Counted from the first letter of the stretch, positions 28,201 through 43,745 are shown. The stretch is DNA of 64,000 nt from Tubiluchus corallicola (GCA_030141605.1 JAQGDQ010000434.1:124001-188000); one strand, 5' to 3'. Program-made: numbers and translations. Notes: generated by a model not told the origin, from the sequence alone.

Positions 28201-28929
28201 AAGAATGGTCTACTATGTTAACTTCAGGCTCAAAATTAATGAAATTTGACATCTAATTAAATGTAGATAGAATCTAAATAGCATGAGCAGTCTAACATTG
28301 GAAAGGGTGCATGACATTTGGGTATAGCCACGCGTCACAAAAAATCTATTCACGCCAATATTATGATCACAATATTCATTGAAGGCTAGGTGTGATTTAG
28401 AAGAAACCGACTCAGAATGCGCTGTTTAGTTCATTAGTTGTCTATAGTTCATTACTAGCCGTCAACTCAAAAACGATTAGCTAGATCGGTTAGTTAACGA
28501 TCGAATAATATATGTCTGTCAATACCACAACATCAACGATAATTGTAAGCATTTTGTTGTATCTCTTGCAAAATATAACGCTCGATAATTTTGTGCGTTC
28601 GGCAGCAGTGCTTTTACACGCGCTAAGGTGAGTTATACAATCATTGTACTTTGTTTCCAGTTTTACACGATCGCACGCACGAAAATAATTATTTCTTTTC
28701 TGTGCAAAGCGGATATGACATTCTCTGATGTAATCAGGACTCAGGCAGCGTACGAGCATTCCCACAATAATTTTAGGTTATTAGGCAGCTTGGCTTGTAA
28801 CGCAAAGCAGAAATCACATTGGACGTAATTTCTGTGCCCAAATGTCCTGTTGGCAATGCTGAACTAGCTGGCCACCCCCAGGAAATAAAGTTTAGATCGT
28901 CAAATTCGCAATCGGGAACACAGTAGTTC

Positions 28930-29415
28930 TTTTCGTCTATTTTGTAAGCAGAAGGTGCCTGGTTCATATCCAGTTGTATTCTTTTTCATTTTTATTAGTT
29001 CAGATGTTTTTCAAGTTTAGTTTCAAAATTAAATTTTCTTTAATACATCTACTGTTTAGTCACTGCTATTTGAATGTCTTGTGCTTTAGTGTCATATTAG
29101 TTTGAATAATTCAGGTCTATACATAGCCTGAGGGGATAAACTTTGGACTGTCAAAATAGCTGGGGAACATGGTATCTAGCATTCATGGCGTCTGTCTTGT
29201 AAGTTAAAGGTTCCTAGTTCTGTCTTGTAAGTTAAAAGTTCCTAGTTCAAATCCAGGCTGTGTTACATTTTTTCATAATTATTATTTCACATTTTTTAAG
29301 GTTGGTTTCAAAATTGCATCAGCACATATACTAGCTATGTTTAGTCACTGTAATCTGATTATCTGAAGGTCTTGTTCTTTAGGACCATATTACTTTAAAT
29401 AAGTAAGGTTTTTAT
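28930..29415 (+). mobile_element. Two tandem copies of SINE family A; the second has an internal 28-bp duplication
   Basis: gtaagcagaaggtgcctggttcatatccag...aagtttagtttcaaaatt...tgtttagtcactg versus gtaagttaaaagttcctagttcaaatccagg...aaggttggtttcaaaatt...tgtttagtcactg; duplication at 29191-29218 / 29219-29246. Confidence 0.7.
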
Positions 29416-30329
29416 GTAGGGCAATTTTGCGAATTGATATTAAATTTTTGAGTATTGGAGAAATCAGATGTACACTTTCATTAATATTTTCAAACCTTTA
29501 AAAATAGTCAGGAGCTTATAATATAAAGGATGGGTATTTTTATCGAAAGTACCTACATGTATTCAAAAATACTTTGGCATTTTTTGTGAGGGTGGGCATA
29601 ATATCTCTTCCAAGAAGTGCAATCGTTTGGGAATGAGTTTACATCGGGAGACTAGCTCCATACATAAAGTATAGTGATTTAGGTTATTAACCCAACAATA
29701 ACACAACAAAGAAACATGGTTTTAACATGTAGAACGGCTTTAAAAGTGATGTATAAACTCATAACAAGACATACATGATTCTGAAAAGTAAAATGCAGAA
29801 AATTCCAAATTGTAGCAAGAGAGCTCAGAGAGTTGGTGGGCAGGAGAGATTAAAGAGAGAGCGCGCTCAAAAAAGAAGACGACAATTAAAACAAGCCGAG
29901 AAATAAAGATGGGGAAGAAAGGGAAAACAATCAAAAATAATAACAGTGACAGACCACTACTATACGCGGGAAATACAATATATACGCACTTCGTTCAGCG
30001 CAACGAAAACTCTTATAAGTCATCATTATAGCTTGTATTAATTAGCATTAGTTTTGTATCCCTTTTCTGAAGTTTCATAACTCTGCAGCTTTGCGACCGG
30101 CGTTTTCAAGGCAGATTACCCCTACAGCCAGAGCTGTATTGCAGTAACCTTGAATTGATCGAGGTCGCATGACGGACAGCATTAGAGTGTTTCCGGACCA
30201 AAAATCGGTTGTCAAACTTGGTAATTCCACGGCGTACTACTCATCATTACCATCCCCTTCTTGGCTAAAACCTCACCACCACTGTGTTAAAGCAAAAAGT
30301 AAGCTCAAAAGCCGGAACTTCGACTCAAG

Positions 30330-30410
30330 ACGTGTATCAGCACGCATGCGCATTAGACACGACAGGCAAGCTGATTATTGATCACGATCACGAGTTGGTG
30401 ATCCATCACT
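30330..30410 (+). promoter_or_regulatory. Putative proximal promoter of the tetraspanin gene, with an NRF1-like element
   Basis: CpG-enriched stretch ~70-150 bp upstream of ATG 30479 with CACGCATGCGCA (one mismatch to NRF1 GCGCATGCGC) and repeated ATCACGA. Confidence 0.35.
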
Positions 30411-30478
30411 TTTCGTTGCCGTCGAAGAAAGATTTGTTAACTATTTTCTTTGTATTTTATTAGATTTAACTGTTCAAA

Positions 30479-33400
30479 ATGGTTGAAGGAGGAATGAAAT
30501 GTGTCAAGTATCTGCTTTTTGCGTTTAATTTGCTGTTTCTGGTAAGATATTATTTGTAGTCAACTTTCAAGTGGACTCGTGTAAACTATGATAATGGTTC
30601 GTGATTTCAGCTTTATTCTATAACTATAGTTACAATAATATTACGGTTATTAAATGTCTTAGTTACTTTACTTATTTGAAGCATAATATTTAAACATTTC
30701 ACGCCCGCCTGTCATGCTTGTACAGTTGGCCAAATTTTGGTGTTTTAGCTCAGTTCGTCGTAAGAGGCGGCTAGGTTACCCCATGGCAATGTCATGTAGT
30801 TGTAATAATTTGTGTGACTATGGGAAAATTGATGCAGCCACTCTTCATAGTATTCATTTACATTTTCTTGCTTTCGATCACTTTTTGTTATGTATACTGT
30901 TTTTGTATAGGTCTAATAAACAGATTTAGATCCATTTAAACTTCTGTCCACGATATGCATCTGCTCATTAATTGTGCAGGTCTATATGCTTATCAGATTA
31001 AAAAAAAATCAAATTATGTTTTTGTAACTGGGAAGGTCATCTGAGCTTCGATATGAATTTTGCGCGTATTATAATTTGGCCAAAAATCGGTAATGGTCAA
31101 TTTACAACTTGGAAGCAGCTCGACCAGTTTCGATTTTGTGAGTAAAATACTTCTAAATATGGTTAAGTTCAACTCTGCGTGCTTCAGAGGTACCTTATCG
31201 ATGTCTTAAAGTACATCTGCATAATTTCGATTTATACAAGATTGTTGTGCAATGATGGAACAAGTCCACGATTTTTTTATTTTTAATCCAGCTGTAGAAA
31301 AAAGATGGTAATGTGGAAAAGTTTGAACTGAGCCTGGATTGAAACAGTTTTTCTGATCATTGTCTTAAACTGCTCAACATCATAAAATCAAGACATGTTC
31401 AGATTGAGGCCTTCCAGCATTTCTAAAAGTTACTTTTACTCGCTAGAGCAACTACTACCTAATTGACAGCTTTAAATATACGCATATTAAAACAAGAAAA
31501 ATTTTAGAGTTTTGAGACACTGATCATTTAACTCAAAGATCCCTAGTTTGTATTTTTTACTTTTTGTTTTTTGACCATATTTGTACTCAAAAATCAAATA
31601 AATTGGTTTACCTATTGGACCTTATTTTTGCATTTATTTTTTTCCACCGACTATCAGGCCACAAGTAGATTTACATTGTGGGACTTGACGCTTAAGCTTT
31701 TTTTGCTGTTCTATACACTATAAAAACTATTTAACACTATAAAAAAACTGTTGTTTTGTTCCCAATATGAGAAAAATTCAGAGTATCACTGGTCACTAAA
31801 TCCACTGACAGCTTATCAACTAGTTTCTGGCTAAATAACATCAACTTTATTTCAACATTTGATGCAGCAACTCTGTTGCTGTTGGCTTGTATGCTTACCA
31901 AGAACAAGTTATGTTGCCAAGAAAGTAAACTGGAGTTGGGAGTAATTTTAAAACAATTTTCATGGAGATGAAAAAACATAAAATATTTTAACTTTGCTAT
32001 TCTTTCAAAGATTATATGTTCTACTGTAATTTCTATCGCTTGGGTGGCGGGCAACAGTTTTGTTTGTCAAGGCAGTAGTTTCTAATTTTTTCATGAAATT
32101 TTGAAGCACAGCAAATATCGTTTCATGGTTTATTATTTGGCTTTATCACTGGCAATGTGGAATTCTCATAAAATGCAATGAAAGTAGATGCGAAAGTAAA
32201 GGCAAAAACTGCTATTTGTATCGTGAGTTGTAAATTAGGTTGGGATAGCCATGTATTGGTTTTATGTGAATCCAGTGTGGGTTGAGTTCGTATTTTCGTT
32301 GTGTTGTTCTTTATATATGCGTGGAAACACCTAATTAGGAATGAACTTGTCAATGCAACTGCTAAATTGGGTTGCCTGGTTAAAAAAAATGTGATGCAGA
32401 TTTACCTGACACTACAATGGAGAACAGGAAAATGTGTGAGGGTAGAATCCCTCCAATAATTTTGCTTCACATTACTTCAAATGCTGCAAAGCTACCAGAC
32501 ACTTTCCAAATCATTCAATGTTATAGTTGTAGTTTTTTGTATGCTTTAGTACTATTTTACTTTTACGTGGTTAAATTTAACCAGTATGCATTTCATTTAG
32601 GTTTTGCTTCGATCATTTAAATTTACAGTGTGTCTTTAGTGTGACTTTGTAATTTATGCTACTGATAGACTGATAGTGTGGTTTTATAAATTACCAAATT
32701 AAACTTGAAAATACAGACTCATACAATAGTTTTTTCACTTTTTCACACAGCAATTGTAAACCATTTTGAAATCTATACCTTTACACATTAAAACACACAA
32801 AAGAGGATTGAGATAAGCTGAAAATATTTCAAAAGCTATAATTAATAAATAAAATTGTAGTTTTATTTAGTTTTATAATTCAGTTATTTAAATTATAATT
32901 AAAACTTATAAAAAAAATTTCATCAAGTGTGGTCAGAAGACCAAATATTTATAGCAGGCTTAAGACTGGCATTTCTTATCAAATGACTGAGTTTTTCCGT
33001 GGCAGCTCAGTGCTGGAGTCCCCTCCCCCGGCACCTAATTAAACATGACAACAGTGATATCAACTGCTGCTAGGGCTGGCTAGCCATGAACTAATGTTGC
33101 TTTTGTTATTCATTAATTTTCAATTAACAAATTCAATCCTCAAAAAATCTGTGTAAAACCCATAATGGGCTGTTCATTAACTTGTGTTCCACGTCTAACA
33201 ATTACGCTTTACAGGCCCTTTTTTTAACATTGCTTGGCCAACTGTTTTGAACTGTGTGCCCTGCAATGTAGCAGTTAATCATGGTTGAATGGTGCTAATC
33301 TGAAGAGCCTCTGTTTAGTCCCAGTGTATAGGTATTATTGTATTTGACAAGGTAATTACAGATGTACAGTTCATAAGTTGTTATTATTAAAAGCAAAATT

Positions 33401-36400
33401 TTACTGTTAGATTTTTAACCACCAAGTTTCAAGAAATCACAGAGTTATTGAATTAAATTATGTTACTATGCTTGTGTAGTGAACTTTGTAGTAACTGTAC
33501 TGCCCAAGCAGCAATTAATTTGTACACAGATAGTTATAGTTGTAGTTAGTTTATAGTCCTTTTTTCAGCTTGGTAGGAGATGGCATTTTCTCCATCAGTG
33601 TTAACATTGTTTTAATAATCTGGTAAAAATGATAAAAATTGGTAGTATTTTTGTGGACTGTAAGTCCCGTTGAGTGTAAAACTTAGTTATTAAATAGTTG
33701 TTAGCAGTTGGCCATGTTCTTCTATTTACCGTGTCATGCTTCCTAATCATCTAGCACTGACCACTAGCTCTCAGAATTTGGCAAACCTCCTGTCTAGGCA
33801 GGAAACAGTGAATATATGCACGTTATTTCAATGTACATACAGGATTGGTCTTTCCTGTGAATTACTGGCATATTACGAAAGGGAAGAATGGAAATATCCT
33901 GTGTGTAATATTTATGGCTTATACTTATAAAGATGGAGCTGCTTGTTAAGGAGAGGTGAGAGGAAAGGAAGGGTGTGGCACTGTGTCTAATATTTGAAAC
34001 CCAATAAAATAAATTTCATTTAATGTTGCTAGAATTGTTCTTTGACATTAAACTAAATAATTTATTTTCTTTTGGAGATGTAATTTAACTTCTGAAGCCT
34101 ACATCTGAAATTTTATTCAAATTAAATTGTGAATTTCATATTTGAAATAAATTGTGAATGTCAACTGTTGTAACTTTCATACTAGTTTGACTGTCAGGCT
34201 TAGAAAATCCAAATAATTTGTCTAAATCAATGTTCTGTAATAGGTTTGCTGATAACAGTCATTTGTGTTGGAATACAAAAGCTGGAAGCAGAATATTGCA
34301 CAAGATGATTACTTATTTAAAGAAAAAATAAATAAGCTGGCTAAAAATACCTAGTATGGATTATTGGGTGTAATTCCAACTACATGTACAACTTAAAAAC
34401 AAATGAAACTGTGGAAAATAAAGCCGCATAGGAGCAATGGGAGCATTTTGCTATTTGGCTTTTGCTGAGGCCATTTATCATCAGCAATAAAGCTATACGT
34501 GGAATTCTCATTTTTGCAGCCACAAAAATCCACATGACTCTGGTGTTCTAAATCCTGAGCCTAAGTGTTGTCAATAATGGCTAGTTAGTATTAATGAAAG
34601 TTAGTTACTTACATAATGATGGTAGCAATAACACACTACTATAAGATATTATGTTATGATTATTAAGGATTAAGTGATAGTTTTTGCACCAGTTAGCGAC
34701 TTTGAGTTCAAGTCTGTTTAGAAAGTTAGTGCACTGCTATTACTGTATTACTTTTTGGCACTGTGATTGCTTTAGCAATGCTACAGTATACATTATATTT
34801 GAGAGCTCACAGCTCGCAGACATTCAAAGCCAATCATATGCAGGTTTTTTGCCTAGTCAGCTGAATAATTACCATGTATATGTTACAGTCAAATTTAATT
34901 TTAGACGAAAATTTAGACAAGGTATAAAATTCTACTAAAGCATTTCATATAACATCTATAAATTTTGGAAGAAGTGTTAAATTTTAGTGTTTTTTTAGCG
35001 GCATTTTTGGAGTTTACCTAGACATTTTATGCAATAGCTGTGACCTATATAGAATGCGAAAAGTGACTTTGGCAAGGTATAAAATAGTGGAACAATAAAT
35101 TCATACACCATAGGCAATAATGAGGAGGCTGCTTTTTCACACCGAGATGTTAAAGTCATTTACATGATTAACTAATTGCTAGTAGCTTTTGCTAAAACGT
35201 TGTTTCATTATTAACACAGAGATATTAGGTGTTTCTGTATCCATCCTGCGTGAAACACAACTAGAAGGGAAACACTAACGTCCTTGGATCTGTCGTTTTT
35301 CTTATCTCAATTAGTTGTTTTTATAAGAACAGAAATGAAGCATTTACTGTTGTCGTGGAAGCCGTGAAATTTAGAATATGCATATACGGAGCAGTTTCAA
35401 CCATGTAACAATGCATGGGTACATTTAAAGGCATGATGTCAGGTAACTAGCACATTTGAGGGCTGCATTAGAAGTGTGAAAAAGCAGGTTCCGTTGTAAT
35501 CTGTGCAGTGGTCCATATCTTCTTCCTGCAGAATTTCAGCCTTCTACCATGAAAACTGTGTCCACAACACAAATGTGACAACAACACCAACAACAATCAG
35601 AGTAAGCTTTAATGATATCATACCTCAGCCAAAAACACAACACTTCTCTATCAGCTGTAAATGAAACAGCTGTGCAACCTGAACTTTGCTGGAAATGATA
35701 CAGTAGTTACCTATTTTAACAAACAAATTTCAAGTACATAAAACATGACATTCCCTATAATAAAATTTGTATTATATAAAGAAAATTTCCTCAGAACAAT
35801 TGGTCTTTTATTTTAGTTCCACATTACCAAAAATTTATTCAACATTTTATAAAATGCGTAGGAACAGTATATACGAAACAAAAGAATTACACGCTTTGCC
35901 TAATAAAACTTGCATTATATATAATATCTTGTAAAAGTGTAGAAGAAATTATTTTAGACACCTAACCTGGCTTGTTTTGGCACTTCATAAAATGTCTAGG
36001 CATTCTATTGAATGCCCTCTTTCACACTTTGCCGGTAACGTATACATATTAAAAACTTTTATAGTTGTAAAGTACGTGTTTGTACTTTTTTAGATTTTTG
36101 GAATGAAATTATATAATTTTCAGCTGTCAGGGGTGATAATGTACGAAATCAGCTCAGTACATTAAAAATTTTCAAGGCAGGAAAAATACCTAATTTGCGT
36201 GCTGAGTAACTGAATTTAAGCAGTTCCTAGCCTGGTCTATAAAAAGGATGATCACTGGTAGACATTTATGCATCACAACATGGTCAAGATGTCTCTGTTG
36301 GTTTGATGTCTCATCTTAGAGAATTATTTTTAATAATAATATGTTTAATAATATTAACTTCCATTGTCATCTTGCTTGAGACTGGTATGATCATTGTTCC

Positions 36401-39400
36401 AGTTCCACCACAAACTAATTGATCCTGATGTCTGAAAAATAAAAAAAATCTTTTTAAAATTTGCTGTGATAATTTTCTTTTGCTTTTAGTTAACTGGTAT
36501 CGCATTAGCTGTAATTGGTGGGCTAGTTTATAAGGAATATGCAAAGTACTCAGCTGCGGCGTCATCAGATTTTAATGTGGTGGCCTATATATTCATAGCA
36601 GTGGGCTGTATAGTGGTTGTCATTTCCTTCTTTGCCTGCTGTGGGGCACTGAAAGAAAATAATTGCATGGTGATGACGGTAAGTTTTCTTAAGTTTGATT
36701 TTCAGCAAATTTTTGGCAACAAACTAACTTCAACTGTATTCACATTTAACTTTGCAGCCTTTTTACTGAGTAGTACAAATTGCAAGTTATTTGAAGTTGT
36801 AGTTTATTTTTAGTAAATTGCTTGAGGGCATTATTTAGAGCAATTTGATTTTTCAAACTTCTGTTTTTAATGTTAATTTTTGCCAATTTGAAAAGTGGAC
36901 TGCTAGTGTACTTGACCACTATAAGAGAATTGCTTAATCAGTGTCTTCAATTTGAATCAGGAGGGATATCTTGTAATCTTATGTGATCTATACTGCAAGG
37001 GATAAAAAGTATCATGCAGTTTTGAGTTAATGTTAATATTGCCTATGTTACTCTAATTTACAAACTTCTTGTAGCTTTAATTTCTCACTTAAAAACAAGT
37101 TAATAATCTGCCTCTAATATGAGTGCATTTTTTTTCAGTTTGCTGTGTTGTTGGCCATCATATTTTTGTTGGAGCTGGGTTGTGGCATTGCTGCTTATGT
37201 GCTTCAGGATGATGTAAGTAAAACAACTGTAAACGTGTAGCTTAAATTTCAAGTTTAAGGCTTCGTGGCACATGATTGCAAATGGCAATTAACATTTCAT
37301 TGTCATCTAACTTGAGACTTGTATGATCATTGGTAATTGTTCCATTATAAAACCACTGTTGTTGTTATTATAAGTGAATGAATGAATTCAGTGGAGATAT
37401 TTATGAACACCTCTGCACAAATGAGGTTTTCTGTTGGTTTTTAATTACTTAGTCTGCAAGGTCTATGAAGATGTTGTTAAAAGATAAGGGAGAGCATATA
37501 TACAGTATATTTTAAATTTATGTTTCCTTATGAGCCTCTGAATTAAATGAGTCTATAATAACACTGCTTATACATCTAGTGCTTTTACATCACCTTAGAA
37601 CTAATTCTTTGATAGCTTTTGCATCAAAGATGTTCAAAACAACTGCAACATTTGTCCATTAATTCAACTGAATGTGAAATATAATTGGCAAACAATTTGT
37701 TTTCAGAAAAATAGCTCAGCTGAAATGCCCCTCACTGAATTTAGGGAAAACATTAATTGACACTATTAAAATCAATTGCATATTTTATGAACTATTTTGT
37801 AATCTCTTGACTAGTGCCAACTAGTTGATCTATTGTCAATACTGTAAGTCATCATTAACGATGATATTCCCCTAAATAAATTTTAGTTCTTTGGCTTGAG
37901 AGGCTTACCTTGTACATGGCTAAAAATTTATGGAAGGAGTTTACAATTCCCCACACAATTTAAATACCCTAACCCTAATCCGCTTCACGAACAAATTTCT
38001 TGTGTGTGGGAAATTGTAAACTTTAGCCAAAATTGTTTCTGGGGTACTGTATTAAAGAATCACCATTTTTGCTGCCTTGTCTTAAGTTCATGTAAAGGAC
38101 ATTAAATTCTGCAATTGTGTTATATACTACTGACACTCTTTTGTCTACAAATTAGATTATGGAGTCAGCTTCCATCTGATTTTTTTGTCAACATTTTAGC
38201 CACAGTCATTTTAGCAATATTTGTGTTACATTAGTCATGGCATATTGATGGTTGGTCTTTTTGTGGGGGTATTCGTTTGGCAAGAACTTTGTCACTATGT
38301 TTTTTCACCATTTTGGCCGAACTTTAATTTGCGGCAAATGTTGTATAATGTGACATCTCATTTCTTAATTTCTGTCCGCTATTATTATTGGATGATGTAA
38401 AATGATAGAATAATGCAATCATTATTATACTAATGAAAGAACATTACTGCTATTAGTTTTGCTACTGCTGCTACTGCTTATTAAGAGAACATCACCTGTT
38501 GCTGCCACTGCCGCTACTGCTAATTTTTGAAAACAAGAGAACAACATTGCTTGTGAAAATGAGTTCTCCTATGTGTTCTGCTATCAAATTTATTATAAAT
38601 GATGGCTTAATTCTCCTCCAGCAACAAAATTTCAAAAAAATATTATGCCAGTTGTAGTGAATAATAATTAAAGACCATGGAATAAACATGACAAAACAAC
38701 TCCTTGTTTTATAACTAGGATTTGTCTGGAATGAGCTAAACTCTAACATACCTTCACATCTTCACGAACGCCTTCACACCTGTTCTCATATGTTTGTTAT
38801 AACTTTTACGTTTTTTCTTTTTCGGCTGTGTATTTGATCTTGCGGTTTTCACATACAGGATGGTTTGTCAGGTCGTCACGTTCTGTTTGCATTATGCATG
38901 TACCAAAAAAATAAATTTGTCATCATGTAAAATTTCTCATGTCTCTCCCTTTGATTAACCTTGTTAATTTTTTATTTGTGATGCCGCATTTCTAAGAATA
39001 ACTTTAATGTTTTTTTTGCTCGGCATATTATATCGTCTGACTGATTTGATTATTAATGTATAATGATAGCTGGATTCCTATTTTATGTCCATTCTGTGGC
39101 CTCTGGCTTACTCCGAGACCATATCATGTGTAAACTGCTTAAGGTTAGAAACATAACTGGTGCCACAGTCACAAAAGCATGTTACAGTGGCTGCATATTA
39201 TAACTGAATATGAATAACGAGTGATATTATTATAATTTATCACAGGTCGTTGAGGTGTTAGAAAAAAGCCTGAATAACACAGTTGTTGAGTACAAAATGG
39301 ATTCTAATGACCCTATAACACGATCGATGGACAGCATTCAGCAAGGAGTTAGTATTTTTTTATGTAAATTCGTTGAGGGCTTTAATAAATTTTTAGCAAA

Positions 39401-42400
39401 CCATTTAATTTCATTTTTATTAGTCTTACTCAGTCACATTTTTCACTTTAGAAACCACTGTAGTCATGAATTACATGGTTGTTATTCTTTTACAGTTTTT
39501 AATTTAAATTTTCAAATAAAGTTAGCTTAATGTATCAAAAACTATGTTAGAATATTTTTAAAACATGTCTGATCAATAAACTCCATAGTTTATGTTACTA
39601 ATATGTGATGCTTTAGCATAAAATGCATGTGTTGCGTATGTTGCTCAAAGAATTCCTCAAACTGAGAAGTTGTTTATATTAGTAATGAAGGAGCTGAGTA
39701 AAATTTTCTGCTGAAGTTATAATTTTTTCGTGTTTTACACATTTAGAATGGATGAAATTGGTAAATTGCAAAAGTTACAGTTTTTCTTTTTTTCCCACAG
39801 TTCGATTGCTGCGGTGCAATGAATTACACAGACTGGAAGTATAATGCGGAATATGTAAAAAACAGTAGTGTTCCAGATTCCTGCTGTGAGGATTATAAGG
39901 ATAACTGTGGTGTGGGTCAACTTAAACCTAATCCTGAAGGCATTCATGTACAGGTAAATACTGGTAGCTGTAGTGGTAAACCACGTTAACTTGAAAAAGA
40001 ATTACATTGTAATCAGTTTACATAGTCATAGCTAGTGTACTGCTTTGCTGCAATGTTACAGCAAGTATGGAAGTGGAATGAATTGGAAGTGAACGTCAGA
40101 CATAGACATAGACCTAGACCTAGACATAGACATAGACATTTTATTTATCTCCTCATTTACACTAGAATGCAAATAGACTATTATTGCTATAGTTATTAAT
40201 TAAACAGGATAAATTATGCATAAAAGAAAGAATTAGGGGGGTGCAAGAGAAAGGGTAGCAAAAGACCAATTGGTCATCAAGTCGCCTACTAATCAGACTT
40301 AAATTTAGTGTAAAACTAAATTCAGATCGAAATCTAGGATTTGGCTCCGATTCTGATTCGTTGAGACACAGACGTGTGTTTCAGTTATTATTACGCCTGC
40401 ATCAATAACAACTAAAAATGTGAGATACTAAAAATGGACGCTTCAACTCTCATTGCAATTTAAATATTTAAAGGTATTATTCTTACCTTTTTTGCACTGG
40501 TTAGCAGCCATCTGAATTTACTTAAATGGTGATTTAAACTAGCTTTACGCTGTCATTGTAGGGGCAGCCGTGTTTCAAGATTTATATTTTTGAAAGTTTG
40601 TGAATGCTGGATGAATTTTTTATTAAATATCAATAGTATTTTTTGCTTTTTTATAGTGACAGAGTTTTTTCCAAAATTTAGTAAGTGTCATTAAATTTGT
40701 ATGCCAATAAAATTTGAAAACTACAGCTTTTGCAGTAATAAAGTTATATATTATGCGTAAATTAGAAGTATGGATCCATGTCTGTGAGGGCAATGACTAG
40801 GAACTGCAAACTGTATCCGAGCGCTGGAAAATCTTCCCAAGCTGACGGACATAGTCTGCAGGATACTTCTGGCAGAAGGACGCAAACTTGTACATAAACT
40901 TTTTTTCAAAATTTAAATGGAAGAAAATTTTAGGAATTTTCTCTCTTTATTAGTAAAAACGACAAAACTGCTCCACATTTTAATACTCTTCAAAGTTACA
41001 ACACAATTATTACTTGAGGTAATTGTTTTTTGCGCACTGCATGCACTGCAATTGTTGTCATATTCAGCGGCAGAACATCCAGTCATCCATGTGTAATGGT
41101 ATGTGTATAATAAATACAGTAGCTGTTGTTGTGGCCATCTCATTCTATAAATAGGCCTGCTGGTATGAAGATAAGATATGTAAATTTTTGCAGTAGCACA
41201 GCTAGTCTTCCAAGTCTTACCAATCTGCAGTACTAAAATATCACTATGTAATAATTTAAACTTAAGTGTTATCTTGCTTGATTTGTATTGGTTACCAATT
41301 ATACTATTATGGTTGCTGTAGTAACTGGCCTTGCCACCTAATCACACTTAGTACAAGTTGTGTGCTTAAAAGTGAAAAAAATTTGCGGTTTAACTACTTT
41401 ATGATACTCCATGGGTAAAGCTAAAGCACAATTCATTTTTTGCGGGTGTTGTAACGCAACTTAGATCCATCTCATTGTTGCTACTGACAATCACTGCATT
41501 TAGCCGATTAGGCCTATTAGAGAAATGTAGAGACATACAAGAGCATTCAAAATTTCGAAGCAGGATTTAGCTTCATAACAACAATAATAAATGGAATGTA
41601 GCAATCAAGTATGTGTATTGCAGAAATCAAGAAAATGCTGTTTTTACAGCTATCAAAATTTTTAAGACATACAAAAGTTGAAATAAATAAATTAAAGTTG
41701 CTGAGGCTTTTACAATAGAGGAGTGTTAGTTTACATCAATTACAAAATTGCTTTCCTGAGTTCTCAAATACTTTACCTGGGAAAATGTAAGAAACTCTGA
41801 TCTTGTTAACAAATAGCACAAATTACTTACCTGTTTGGGTGAAATAATACATGTAATAAATAAATAATATAATTTAAAAAGTTAAATCATTTTGTATGAA
41901 TACTAACTTTAATACAGTTGCGACTTCTGGTCCAGTTTTAGTTAGTGTCTGATTGATATCATCTATAGGCCTACAGCAGTTTCGCCTGGATTTCGTGTAG
42001 CGGTATTTGGTTCAGTCCCGTTTGTTTAAAAAAAATTGGAAAAATTTAGATTTGGTTCGGAAATCATTTTGCTCAATCCTTAAGAATCCTAATCCAGACC
42101 CACATTTTCAAAACTTTCTAAATTTTCAAAAATTATAAAAACTATTTTGTGTATGTCAATTAAAAAATGGTGTGACTTTGCCATATGGTATTCTCAAAAT
42201 AATATGTAAAAAAATTTTGCAAAATGACTCGAAATACGCAAAATTTTGCAACAAACAATTTGGTGTTGTAACTGTGAGAGTTCTTTTTAGTCATTGAATC
42301 CATCATAGTTCTATAGCACAGATACATTTTCTATGATTATGCACAATTCTGGGTGGTATTACATTTGAAAAGACATCTGGGCCATGGTCATCTCTGGAAA

Positions 42401-43745
42401 AAGGTTACGGGTTTAGTCTGATCTCAGTCATATCTGGATATAATTAACTAAATCTATGGTGTTATATCCTCAAGTTGCAGATTTAAAAGCTAAAATGAAT
42501 TAAATCGGTTTCCTTCTACTAGTGTGTCTGGAATGCACTGCCATTTTGTTTCCAGGTAATGGGTCTCGGCATTTCGTTTAAGAAAAATTGTTCCTTATTT
42601 GAAACATAGTATGTATGTTCACATTAAACAGAGATTTGAAGCTTGACCTCATAAATAGTAATGCTACAATTTATACTTATTTTCTGGTGCAGGGTTGCGT
42701 TCAAGGAATGGAGCAGTTCTTCTATGACAACTTGATTTTAATAGGTGGTGTTGGAATAGGACTGGCATTCGTACAGGTAAAATTTATTTTTTTCTGGTCT
42801 AATTAAATAATTGCTTAATCAGCCATTTAAAGATTTTATCAGATCATAGATGGCAATGGCTCCCTTTTGCAAACACATTACTGGATTATCCTATTACTGC
42901 ACATAGTGTAATAATGTTAGGCTCTCAACTTGCCTAATATAATGTTTCTCCCATGTTTGCTGCAACCAATTCATCTCTGAAAATGTGACGCCTAATTTTC
43001 TTTTGATTATGGCATTTTTGCCTCAATCTTTAACAAAAGTGACTTGAGTCTTAATGATAGAGACAAATGTTAAACAAAAATCTTTACTATTTAAATATCG
43101 CAGATACAACAAGGTTTGAGCAAATACTTTGGTTGTTATGCAGATTGCGATGGCCGTCCCAGCTCTTTTATGAGACATTCTCTGGAACTTTAGATATATG
43201 CTGTTTAGCATTTCTAAACTGCAGTATTTCATTCGTATTACCCCTAAATAGTGTGATTTGCTGCTCTTAATTTTTGTAGGTCCCATACGTGATACATGTA
43301 TTGTATTCACTTGGACAACGAATTGTACTACCATTAACACTAATATGAATGAAACATTGCACTGAGGTGTTATTAAACGTTGTACAGTGCTTATAGGTTC
43401 AATGAAACTGATTACTAATGTATGGGATGATTTAATAGACACGCATCAGCCATTTTTCTGAGTCTGAGAAACTATTTTTATCATCATTGCCAGTGTTGCT
43501 ATGTGGGGCAGTTTCAACGTACACAATACACACTAATTGATCAGACTGCAAACTTAGGTGTCCTCTAAAAGTCTTGTATGAAGATTAAAGTAATGTGAAA
43601 TTATTCCTTTTATGAAAAGTCAAAATGCATCTTTCTGTCACTACATTAAAAAGATTACAATAATTTGTGTTTTTTTTAGATTGCTGGTATTGTATTGGCA
43701 TGCTGCTTGGCAAAGTCCATTCGTAAAGAATATGAAGTCGTCTGA
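30479..43745 (+). CDS. CD63: Tetraspanin, CD63-like, 243 aa. Exons 30479-30541, 36490-36678, 37139-37213, 39246-39347, 39801-39953, 42693-42776, 43680-43745
   Basis: Seven phase-0 GT-AG exons (732 nt): MVEGGMKCVKYLLFAFNLLF, FFACCGALKENNCM, EC2 CCG (FDCCGAMNYTDW) and PDSCC, four TM segments, and C-terminal YEVV (YxxPhi lysosomal sorting signal, cf. CD63 GYEVM). Confidence 0.92.
40098..40295 (-). repeat. (GACATA)n hexamer microsatellite adjoining a probable LINE/SINE 3' end
   Basis: agacatagacatagacctagacctagacatagacatagacat followed by tttatt (AATAAA on -) and a GACCAATTGGTC palindrome. Confidence 0.55.
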
